DNA of 64,000 nucleotides, taken from NCBI GenBank assembly GCA_973851085.1, contig OZ316775.1, positions 19,902,001 to 19,966,000 on the forward strand. Direction: 5' to 3'. The notes beneath the pieces were generated by a model. It was not told where the DNA came from. It saw only the letters and a program-made list of their open reading frames with translations, and searched no databases. Source of the DNA: Ptychomitrium polyphyllum. Taxonomy: Eukaryota. Shown here one piece after another: positions 14,311-25,730 of the stretch (position 1 is the stretch's first letter; each line of letters opens with the position of its first letter). The position numbers and the translations under genes are program-made.

Positions 14311-14501
14311 ATAGTAATAGATGGAATAGTGGCTTGGTAAGGCTACGTAACCTTAAAGGCACTTGATGCTTGGGCTTTTAAATGGAAGAGAAAGCAATTT
14401 CTAAATCATAAGTTTCCAAAGCCTTAGATATGATTTAGAAATTACTCGTTTGTATTTTGAAATTTGTTATAGATTTTTGAGAGTAGCTCGATATATCAGA
14501 T

Positions 14502-15395
14502 ATGAACAGTCAAGATACAGATACCATGCCAATGGTGTCAATCCAACCAAGTGGCTCTCATTGACGACCTCGTGATGAAGAATAAATTGGATCAAGAAGA
14601 AGTTAGAGGATATTCAAAAATAGATTGTTGGTGATTGTCTTTGAAATAGAGCCGGCTTATGAAAGTTATCAAAAAGCTGTATTTGAAGGACACTTTCACA
14701 ACGAAGATATAGAAATTCATACTTGATGCCAAGTAGAAGGCATTGGACACTATCGGTGGTTACAAGGATCTATGAACCATTTGAATCGAGAAAGGCAATT
14801 GGAGTATGTTGCAGATATTGTCACGGACATAGATCATGCAACATAGTCCTTAGAACATTCTAGAACCTTCTAGTATACTATAATAGCTTCTTAGAATACT
14901 TTTAGATGTCTCCATAGTCTTTCCATGTTCTTAGGAAGCTTCCTAGGAAAGTTCCTCCACTTTAAGAAACTTCCTAAGAATGTTCTATTATCTTAGGTAA
15001 CTTCTTAAGAAACTTCCTAGGAAGGTTCTACTCCTTGGAAGACTCTTAGGAAGGTTCCAACATCTTAGGAAACTTCTTAGAAAGGTTCTTTAGACTTCCA
15101 GAACATTCTTAAGCCTTGTAGGAAGCTTCTTTAGAAGTATCATAGGAGAGACAAACATCATAGTATAAATAGGAGGCAAGACAAGGTATTCCTTAGTCTT
15201 GCCAACACAAGTTGTGGATCATCTTAAATCCTGCCTTGTTCTAGTCTTTGTATCAAGTTCTTGTTAATCATTAGTTCTTTGGAAGCTAATTCTTGGGAAA
15301 CACTTCGTTTCTGCTTCTTGTTTCTTGTGTCCCTAACAGATATCATGCTACAAATCTTTGACTTCTTACGACGTTGAGCGTTTGTTGCTCCTTAA
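14502..15395 (+). pseudogene. Additional ORF of element B between chromodomain and PPT (~120 codons), split by a solo LTR
   Basis: Single frame 14502-14818 plus 15344-15395 with in-frame stops but no frameshift; collinear peptide similarity to 16497-16063 in element C. Confidence 0.7.
14819..15338 (+). mobile_element. Solo LTR of the C family (520 bp) inserted in B
   Basis: TGTCACGG...CCTAACA; perfect TSD GATAT at 14814-14818 and 15339-15343; similar to the reverse complement of 25731-26239. Confidence 0.93.
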
Positions 15396-16062
15396 AGACT
15401 TTGATACTAGAAAGGGAAGTGATGTCATGGACATACATAAAAGAAGCATCTTAAAGGTTCTTAGAAGATTTAAAAAGCTTCCTAGGAAGTTTCTTTGACT
15501 TTGATCTCTTTCAAGGTAGTTATCTTTAGGTTAAGAAGCTTTCAAGGAAGTTGCCTTGACTTGAGAAGCTTCCAAAGAAGTTGTCTTGGCCTAGGAAACT
15601 TCTAAGGAAGCAATTCAAAGTTGCTTGAGTACAAAGCAATGTAGGTAAAGCTTCTCAAGAAGCTTCCAAGGCTTGTAGTTCTAGTATATATAGGAGTTGA
15701 GGCTAAAGAGCTCTTTGGTCCCGACAACGCATCTCTTGTGGTCTAATTTAGACCTTCTGGCCTTGTCTTTTGTACCTTGTTGTAGCTCTTTACCTCTAAT
15801 ATACTTAGACTGATCTTGCTCTACATCATGGAGTCCTGAAGCTTTGTCTTGTGGTTACTCTATCTGTAATAGAACCTTCTTAAGAAGTTTTCAAAAGAGG
15901 TGGAAACGGCTATAAACGCATTGACAGTATTATAAAAAGCTATTACAATATATCAGAAGTTTCTAGAAGATTCTAAAGACTATGTTGCATGATCTATGTT
16001 CTTGAAATTACCTCTCTTTTTAACGACCTATTCCATGAAGAGCTCTTTTTGTAGCTTACTCA

Positions 16063-16497
16063 TCAGATCTCCACAAATTCCTAAATTTGTTGAAAAAGAG
16101 AAGCAACATATTTTGCTCTTTGTTCTTTGCCCACTAGTGCAACTGGTCTTTGCAGGAAGTACCAATAACCACCAGCCAAGATTTTTATTGTTGAAATATT
16201 CTAATTCAAGATTTGATCTTGATCAAGTCCTTCAAAAAACCCTCCAAACAGGATCTACGGTCCTCCAAGAATGATTCTTTGAACTTCTAACAAGATAACT
16301 AGAACTTGAGCATCTAAATCAAGACTAGAATGTAAATTACAATTAGCCATTACTTTTGCACAAGGTCGCACTTGACGTTAGAATGTCTCTCTCATATCTT
16401 TGCTAAGATCTATTTATACTGAAGGTTGAGAAAGTTGAATTGATTCAATAGGTGCTGTTGAAGAAGGTATGGCCGATTGTTCTTTATGCATATCCAT
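16063..16497 (-). pseudogene. Additional ORF of element C between chromodomain and PPT (~145 codons)
   Basis: One unshifted frame MDMHKEQ...VLVILLEVQ...FFEG...GGYWYFLQ...EQRAKYVASLFQQI*EFV with five internal stops; similar to the B additional ORF. Confidence 0.7.
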
Positions 16498-16650
16498 GAT
16501 AACACAAAGATTTGACATACTAGCTAAGATCTAAAGATGATATATCTTGGAAATAATGCTACATATAATTGAAGATTTGGATATTTCTTCCTCCTTATAC
16601 TTGTTTATGAAAAATGTTTCTCTATGGGCTAATGGCTACTAATAACACGT

Positions 16651-18264
16651 TGTTGTAGTAGAGAAAGTTGCCTCAAGAAAGCATTAGGCTTTTAGCTACC
16701 ACTAATTTATTTAAACAAGTTCTAAATTTTACAAAATACAAGTTTTTTACATTGCTTGTCCTTATGAGAAAAAACACATCAAATATACAAGTCTAGGATG
16801 CTTAAAAGTACTTAAATTGTGTCTAGACATCCTATAGCATCTTACTCTCTTTTAATGAATTCTTCTAGATCTACAAAATCCAAAATCTCTTTATTTGACC
16901 ATCCAAATATACTTAAACTTGTATACATATTAGTTCATATCTTCAACTACTTCTACAAAAAATTCGGCTGTAGATTCATTACAATTCTTTAGATATTGTT
17001 TGATTTACAACAAGTGCAAAATATGTCAATTTACTACCATCCGCGTACTATATCCATCATATCTCAATAACTCAACATTTAAATGCCATGAAATTTTATA
17101 TTTAGCTTTTTTACATTGTCATCTATACTTTTAAAAATTTTGAGCTAAAAATTTGTCCAAAAATTCAAAATATAGACCAAACCAAAATGTACATAAAAAG
17201 AACTCATTTACAAAGTCCAATCTAAAGCACTCACTTCCAACAATCTTTGTTCTTTCATTTCAAACCGGAATTAATCAATTTTCTATACGAAATAAAGCTT
17301 CTAAAATTAGCTCTTAGATCTCACTTTTTGATCTCCAAAAGCTCTTGTGAGTCTCTATTTATATAAAAATAAGTGACAATAGATACAATTATATGATCCT
17401 AACTTCAAACGCACATTTCTCCTTCATAACAATTTCAAACTTCTTGATTTTTGCACGAATATTATAACCTTTTATACGTCCTATCAATCCTTTTAATTCT
17501 CCAAATCCTCTTTGAAGTAGTCTCAAACCTTGATAGGTCTTGGGCAGCATCTTGAAGCTCATTGGGTATGACTTTCAACCAATAAGCATGAAGTCCACCA
17601 CCTACTTGCTTTATCCAATTACATAGGATGGCCACGGAGTCAAAGAAATCATACGTTTGACACAAAAGCCCTTTCTAAACTCCTTTTTAACATATTTTAC
17701 AACTTCTATCCTTAATAATAAAACTTAAACAAGTTTAACAAGGCTTCTATGAACCAATAACACTTTAAAAGATAATTCTATAAAGCTAAGGTCATTACCA
17801 ATTTACTATTAAGATAATTACCATCTTTTTTACACTATAAATAAACTACAACACGATAGCAGGCAGAGATAAAATACTTAGGCTTTTAAAATCAATCGCC
17901 AAACTGCAGAAGCTCAGGTGGTGAAGTGGTTCAGGTGCTATAGCACCGATCCAGGTTCAAATCCATTGGATCTGTTTGAGCGGCACAATGGCCATGTGGC
18001 TTGACACTGCTAATAAAACTAGGCAGAAAATTACCAGCTGGTGCCACCTACCATCCTTGAGCATATGACAAGATGTAGTGACCCCCAAGATTCATAGTTA
18101 TCACCACAACCTTTTCTATCACCACGACCTTTATTCTCACCACTTTATTTCTTTCTATCTTTTTATTTTAATTTCTTATCTCATTTTCTACTTCTTTATT
18201 GCAAACTAAATCTTCATAATAATTCAAATAATTTTTACATATTGTACCACTAACCCACACAACA
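16651..18264. mobile_element. Family X element 2 (1614 bp, divergent member) in the 3' region of C
   Basis: TGTTGT...ACAACA ends; perfect 4-bp TSD ACGT at 16647-16650 and 18265-18268. The first ~70 bp resemble 12125 onward; 17890-18110 resembles 13325-13550 and 22350-22580. Confidence 0.8.
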
Positions 18265-21157
18265 ACGTCATCACTGACCTTGTTATTGAAGATATCTTTG
18301 ATGAAATTCACGTACCTTGTCAGATGCATTTATTATGTTTATCAAAGGTTTCCATGTTTGATTATTAATACCATATCCTTGTCAATGTATAAGGTACTTT
18401 ACATGTCCATTCTTGATGTATGAATCTAAGATCTCTTTGACTTCATACTCCATTTCATCATTGATTTCCATTGGAGGAGGCGGAAGAAAAATATTCTCTG
18501 GTATACATGGCTTGTTGTAGGTTTTCAATAAAGATTCGTGGAACACTGGATGAATTTGCATGGTTGATGGTAAATTGAAGTGATAACTGACCGGATTTAT
18601 TTGTTTGTTGATTTCAAAATGTTCCAACTTTTGATAGTCTAGCTTCTTCGACAATCTTTTTGTTTGTATGTTTTTTTTTATAGGAGCCATACATTGTTTC
18701 CAACCTTAAACCTTGGATATTCCTTCCAATGACAATTTGCATAAGTTTTGTACCAATTTTAATCTTGTTGTAATTGAAAAGCAAGTTCTTGGTAAATTTT
18801 AGCAAGTTGAGTTGCAAAATCCTCTGTTGCAGGACTTCTAATGTACTTCATTTAAAATGAATCTGCTCAAAGATGATGGCCATGGTTTGTAAAGAACGGA
18901 CTTCGAATTGTTGCAAAATACATTGTATTTTTGTAAGCAAACTCTACCAAAAATACAAGGTTTATGCAGTTTTCTTGTTAGTAGTTTATGCTGCAACAAA
19001 GATACTGCTCCAAAAATTAATTTATATATTTGCTTTGACCATCAGTCTACAACTAGTACACTGAAGAAAGGTTGATTTTTACGTGGAACATCTAGAATAG
19101 ATTGTTTTAAAAGTTGGATATGAACTGCAATCCTTGATTGGATATAATATCATTTGGTAGTCTATATATGTGGTAGCTGTGATTTAGAAACAACTTGGCA
19201 ATTTCTTCTCTTGTTACTGTTTTGTTGCATGGAATGACATGCGCCATTTTGGTAAATCAATCCACCACTACTACAATAGAATCTTTAGAATTAGAGTTTG
19301 AAAGGTCCATGATAAAATCCATTGACAATCACAACCATGGATCTTTTGGCATTGGAAGCAAATGGACGAGACCATGAGGTTGGTGTCTTGGTACCTTGGC
19401 CCTCGCGCAAGTGTTGCATGATCAAATAAAATCCTTTACATATTTCTACATTTGCGGCAACCAATAGTTTTTAGCAATTAACTCCATTGTTTTAATGAAT
19501 TTGAAATGGCCTATTATTGAAAAAGTATGACATGCTTGAAGGATCTTTAATTATATAGGACCTAGTGGTAGGTACAAAAGTCTTTTATAATAAAGAAGGC
19601 CCTCTTGGAATTCAAAAATCTTCATCACTATTTGAAAGAAATTTGTTGTTTTTAAGGCCCTCCTTCATATTTGAAACAAAAACATCATTCTTCAAAGCCT
19701 CCAAATTTTGTCAAGATGAAATGTTGTGGTGGTAATTGCTACTTTCAATAAAAGATTGTATAGCCTCAATAAAATAGTCCTTTATTGATCCACAACATCA
19801 TCTTGAGATTTAGAAGCTTAATAGATCTTTAAGAAAATGCATCTGGCTTATCTTGTAGGCTACTAGATCAATATGTAATGACAAAGTCAAATCCGGAAAG
19901 CAACATACTCTTCTTTGCTTGATGGCAATTCAATTTGCACGCACTGATGAAATACTCTAAGTTCTTGTTATTTGTGTATATCGTGGTGGTATATTGAGCT
20001 TCTTTCAACAAAGGCCGCCAATTTCCAAACGTATCCACAATTGCGAGTAATTCCTTACCATGTATATTATAGTTGATCTCTGCCATTGAGGATTTCTTTG
20101 AACAAAAAGCAATAGACTGGAGTCTTCCTTCTTCATCATATTATGAGAATACTGAGCCAAGTGCAAAATCTGATGCATCCGCTTTCAAATAGAAAGGCTT
20201 TTATGGGTTTTGATGAGTAAGGATTGGAGCTGATTTGAATTACTTCTTAAGACCTCAAATGCTCCATCTTCCTCTTCATTTCAAGTGAATTTTTGCTTTG
20301 TTGTAAGTTGCGTCAATGGTGCCGCAATCTTGGAATAATCCTTAATGAATATCTTATAGAAGTTTACAAATTTCAAGAAGCATTGAACATCTTGAGTTGA
20401 TCTTGGTATACTCCACTTCATGACAATGCTAATTTTCTTCTCATCCATATGGATTCCTCTTTTGGATATGATGTAGCCTAAAAATTCAACCGAAGATTCA
20501 TGGAAAAGGCAGTAATTAAATTTGGCATACAATTCTTGCTGGCGTAGTTTTTTTAAGACGATTTGCACATGACATTTGTGGTCTTGTTCATCCTTTGAAT
20601 ATATCAAAATGTCATAGAAATAGATGATTACAAAATTGTCAAAATGTTCATGGAAGATATCATTTGTTATGTATTAGAAGACCACAAAGGCATTAGTAAG
20701 GCTAAAAGACATAACATTGTAATCAATATGGCCATACTTGAATAAAAAAGCTTCTATTTGTCTCCTCCTTTTATGCGTACAAGATTATTAGTTCCCTTAA
20801 AATCAATCTTGATGAATATCTTTACTTGGCCAAGTTGCTGTAGGCGTCCTATGATTAATGGTAGTGGATAGCAATTCTTCTTGGTTACTTAATTGAGGAC
20901 TTGATAGTCCACGCACATATGTAATGATCAATAATTTTTCTTTACAAATAGAATGGATGCTCTAGCAAGTAATTTAGACTGTTGGATGAAGCCTTTTTCA
21001 AGGTTTTTATCCATATATTTTTTCAAAGTAAGCAACTCAGTTTGTGATGAATTATAGATAGGTCCAAAAGGTGGTTGGACTTATTTTTGCAGCTCAATGG
21101 CACAATCTCAAGGTCGATGCTTTGGCAATATGCCTGCATTTTTCTTCTCAAAAACGT

Positions 21158-22683
21158 TGTCATGGTGATAGTGGTAGCTATAGGAAACACAGGGTTTTTT
21201 TTAGCATCTAATTGATTAAGGTTAAGATGCATGAAGAGTTTCTATTTCTAACATCCAATGAAGCAAATACTCTATCCCAAATTTTTCCTCTACGCCGCCT
21301 TGAAAATCCCAAATGCTAAATATGTCATAACTTCTAGCAAACTAATCCAAAGCATCTATGATTTTAATAAAACCTTCTTAAAAAATTTAATATGCTATAT
21401 AAATTTGGATTGCCAAATCCTTAGTACCCTCTAAGATCCATAACCTCAAAGTTTACATTCTTCATTGCTATAGCTTTTATACCCTTATTACTTTATCACT
21501 TCATGACTCTCTTTTTATTGCAAATTTAAACTTTAAAATTTATGTATATAATATTTATCTTATAATAAATACCTTTTTAAAAGATCAACCTTAGAATTCC
21601 CTTCAATCATTTACAATGACTCAAATTGTGCAATTCCAAACTCTATTATACACTACCCTCCAAATCCCGGTTGCATTTTTCTTTGTGTCTTTTGTTCAAG
21701 AAGTCCAATTTTCACCAATCTTGATACTATCTTTACAATGTAATCTTAATTTTTCTCTCAAAATTTCACTTACAAAAGATGTTTAACAAGAAGTTACAAA
21801 CATTCAAATAGTTGCCCTCAGAAACTCAAGGCAGCTAATTTAACTTTACTCAAATTAAAGCCATGACCACATACTAACTCCAAATGAAGCGTGTGATGAC
21901 TTTTTGAAAAGCTTACAAAGAAAAAAAAGAACCCAATAAAAACCAATTCAAACTAAGAAGTATACTATGAGATCTCATTCAAAGAAAGGCTGCCTTCTTA
22001 TTTTAGTGGGAGAGGCCGAGAGAGAAGAAAAGGGCGGTGGTCAAACTGCCACATCCGCCCCTTATCACTCCACATCAGCTATATCTCTTCACATCAGCCC
22101 CTAATCTCCTGTATCAAATCTTTATTTAACCATATTTTCAGATAAAAAACAACCTGAATCCTTTTATTTTGCTTTTTTTTCTTTTTTTTCTTTTGGTTGA
22201 AACTTCTAAGTTCCAATTATAAAGAAGATAAAATCAACCCTCACAAATCTAAAATAAAAACTAAAAAAATTAAAAAAAATTAAAAAAAATAGGAAAAAGA
22301 TTAAAATTCAATGAGAAACAAATTAAGAATAAAACCATTGTGGAGGTAGAATTAGATACCAAGTCATAAACTTGGTTGACTAGATAAGTTCTAGCTGCTG
22401 AACTGGTCCAAGTTTGATTCTTGTCAGATTCGTCAAATAGAACTACAGCACTTGACTTGGTACTGCTAGCAAAGATGGCAGACAAGAAAAACTACAGTCA
22501 ACCAGCTTAATTACCCTGAGCTAAGATAAGATGCGGTTCCACCTCCAAGACAAATAAAATTTGTAATTTTACCACAATACTTTTTTAATCTAATTATTTA
22601 TTTTTTCTAATATTCTTTTCCACATACACCAAATAACAAATACTACTTAAATTTAAAACTATACAATTAAATACATCATGACA
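21158..22683. mobile_element. Family X element 3 (1526 bp) at the RT N-terminus of C
   Basis: Perfect 7-bp terminal inverted ends TGTCATG...CATGACA; TSD ACGT (21154-21157) / ACAT (22684-22687). Removal restores DYKDVFEKKNA. About 1.1 kb aligns with 12450-13600. Confidence 0.9.
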
Positions 22684-24191
22684 ACATCTTTGTAATCTTA
22701 GTACGGATGAGGTATGCTTTTATTAGTCTTTGGTATAGAGCTAGACATTGGCATGGCATAAATGGCATAGATTGATTTAAGCTTTGCCGCTTTTATGAAC
22801 CCCTTAGTTCCAATAAATGATGATTCAAGATTCTTTATACCTTGAAATATTTTTTTTAAATCACATTCCATGAACGCCAATCAATATTTGAATTATATAA
22901 TTCAAACCAATGAAGGTTCAAGATAATATGATTAATTTGATATCAAACAATGTTGAAAACAATCTTAGATGCTTAATCTCCTAAAATAATTTCCGAGGAT
23001 TGAATTTCTTCAATAACATTATCAGATGCAAGAGATTTTCTATCGATAATTTCAAGAGATGCGGGATGTTTTTTGTTCACAAGCACCATGTAGTGTTTGA
23101 TTGCAAAAGCCTTGTCCATGAAGCATGCCATTGCACTAGTATCTAAAAGAGCTTCACTAATTATTTCATCATCTAAAAATTTGATTTTGATAGGAAATGT
23201 AAAGCACAAGGTAGGGATTGGAGGTAGTAGGAGACCTTGATTTGATGGTCATTTCTTTGTGGTGTCCAATTATATGGTCCCTACTGTGACTAGACAGCTA
23301 CTTTTTTCAATTCCACTATTGTGCTTTGAGCTTTAAAAGCACATCCCTTGATTTGGAAATTGTGCATTTTATATCCAAAATTGCCACAATACAAACATAG
23401 GTTTCCTCTTTGATGCCATTTTTTTTTTTTTTTTCTTGAGTCAAACGACTAAATTGGGTAGTATCAATTTGCATAGGTTCTGATTTTTATGGTAGAATTT
23501 TCAATATTTTTGAAGAAGTAGTGGCCATATCTTGATATATTGGTTGCCATCCCAAGCATTGTTCTTGGCACCTTTCAAATATTCTATTGCTACATACTAT
23601 TGCTTAAGTGATGAATTTGTCCAACGTTTTAATCCTTAGCATTGTGAGTAATAATTCCTTCATATTCTCTTTCAAGTTCCATTGGAATTGTGTTACCAAG
23701 GCCTTACCGTTTCAATCTAGGTTGTTAGTAAGTTAGTTACTGAAACTCTGTAGCATATGTAACAGCCAAGCATTCTCCTTGTTGTAGACTTTGAAACCTT
23801 GTTTCAGCCACCTTTTCTTGTTTGATATTTTCAAAGATAGATTTTAACGCTTCCATGAAAGCACCTAAGTTGTTCAATATTGATAGCCGCTTCTTCAATA
23901 ATGATGAAAACCATGATACTGCATTATTTGATAGAAGATTGGCTACAAATCCATCTTAAATAATGCCATCAGAATAGCAAGATTGGTATCAATTAAGAAT
24001 GAGCCTTACTTATTGAACAAAGACTCTCAACTTTGATCTTAACCCATTAAATATGTTTAACATACCAATTTTTGATTCAACATGGTTTTAACGTAGGCAT
24101 TTTCTTCTAATATTGGCTTCTTGCAATCAAATAATTTCTTAATATAAACTTTAAATATTTCCATTAGATTCTTCACCTTGATGAATGTGTT

Positions 24192-25353
24192 TATTGCAAT
24201 CCTTGTAATGCACCTTAACAAATGTCACGCGTGTCAACCCTGTATACCCCCACATGCACATGGTTAATCCTCATTTTCACTCTCCAAGTCTCATACTTGA
24301 TTTCCAATTCCCCTACTATTTCTCTTAAGATACCCAATTGATTGGTAGCCAATGGTTAGGTGCGGGCTTCCATTCATATCCAAGGCCTCACTTGATGTTA
24401 CTCCCATTCCACACGGCCTAACCGCACTTAGTAGTATCTCCTCACTACCACTTATGATTTCCATGTGATCCTAAGATCAACCCGGGCCATTATAGTGCCG
24501 GCATGAAGACACCACCTCAACTTAGTGGTAACAAGCGTGCCCTTTAAATCTTATTAGTTCCCTTTATGAAACCGGTCATCCACCGACTCACAATGCTGTA
24601 GAAGTCCCCATGGTGAAGCCTCAACACTGGCTCCATCAAACGAGACTCACCTTGGGTTCCTACCGGGACATTAAGGGAATGGGGAGGAGGACTAGCCCTT
24701 CCCTATAGTACTCTGTGGAATTTGGCAGGCCCTTTGGACCTCTGTAGCTGGCTGAACCCTGACACACCCAAAACTTTGGAAGACCACCCAATCTCCCTTG
24801 GGACTTAGCCGCTGGAAGCCTCCGGGACTTCCTGCGGACCTTTAGAGAGCCATATCTTCCACGTTTGGTCTCCGAATCTATCAAGCAACCATTTTATCGT
24901 CATCTATTCTTTGCGTAGATGCCGATAGGTTCCTCAAATGTCCAATTTGACTTACTATTCTGGGATATATGCCTCTTCCAAGGTTCGGAACTCCCAGGGA
25001 ATTCCTCCCTGCATTGTCCCAGTCCAGTACAATCACTGTTTAGAGCTGCCACAGTCCAGAACAGCCTCTTGGCAGCCTCAACTTTGGGATGCCATATCTT
25101 TTAGCTCCCTTGTCCGATTTGAGCAATCTTTAGCATTCTAGAATCAATTCATCGTGAGTCCTTTAATGCCTACAATTTCTCCCTTGTGGCCCTCGGTCTA
25201 CATGGTCAAGGATGTTTCTCCCCCTCGGGATGTTTCCCACACTAGGCCTACTTGGGCTACTTTACTATCGGCGACACAATTCTCGGACGTCACTCCGGGG
25301 TCCCCCTTGTGCCTTTAGTATTGCACGCACTACTCAAGGAGAGATGCGCAACA
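24192..25353. mobile_element. Older solo LTR, family D, in the gag of C
   Basis: Collinear with 1204-2348 but more diverged; TSD GTGTT (24187-24191) / ATGTT (25354-25358). Confidence 0.88.
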
Positions 25354-25719
25354 ATGTTGCTCTAAATTGTTGGTAGTATTGAAGCAAACAAGTTCTGTTC
25401 AAACTGTGTTTAATAACTTTTGAAGGTTTCTAATAGTTGTAAACTTATTCTCTGATGTTCTAAGCACATTATCCATTACTTAAGAGTGTCAAAGACAAGA
25501 AGACTATGAATATCTTTGAAGAAGGATAATCTGCATTTTTTAAAAGATTGATATTGTTTCAAAAAAATAAAACTTGTTTTTAGAAGAAGAAACCAATTTT
25601 ATGGTATTAAATTAGAAGAAGGTAATCTACAATCTCTAAGACGCAATGAGATCCAAAAGAAGATGGGTAATCAATTGTCTTCTTCAAAGAACCTTAGTTT
25701 TAACAAGGTTGAAGAGTAA

Positions 25720-25730
25720 TCTTGCCAAAC
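25720..25730 (-). promoter_or_regulatory. Primer-binding site of C, self-priming type
   Basis: GTTTGGCAAGA directly follows the 5' LTR on minus and is complementary to TCTTGCCAA about 33 nt downstream of the LTR TATA box (25872-25864). Confidence 0.7.

Larger units (their letters stand above)
7484..15871 (+). mobile_element. Element B: full-length degenerate chromovirus (Tcn1-like Ty3/Gypsy) inserted in the 3' LTR of C
   Basis: 5' LTR 7484-7993, 3' LTR 15423-15871; perfect TSD GAACC at 7479-7483 and 15872-15876; PPT AGAAAGGGAAG before 15423. Confidence 0.95.
18273..25470 (-). pseudogene. Disrupted gag-pol-chromodomain of element C
   Basis: ORF fragments 22973-23209 (protease), 20281-20607 (RT), 19868-20086 (RNase H), 18382-18690 (integrase C-terminus and chromodomain); zinc knuckle near 23360-23400. 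Interrupted by 21158-22683 and 24192-25353. Confidence 0.88.

Noticed and set aside
17845..17853. ACTACAACA as the right end of X element 2
   Set aside because: No matching TSD follows, and homology to the other X copies continues beyond it to 18264.
17900..17975. Functional tRNA gene
   Set aside because: No canonical acceptor stem or anticodon loop, and A-B spacing is short; kept only as a tRNA-like module.
18031..18046. TGGCACCAGCTGGTAA on minus as a PBS for element A
   Set aside because: It lies inside X element 2, which is bounded by a perfect ACGT TSD; a better PBS is at 26639-26657.
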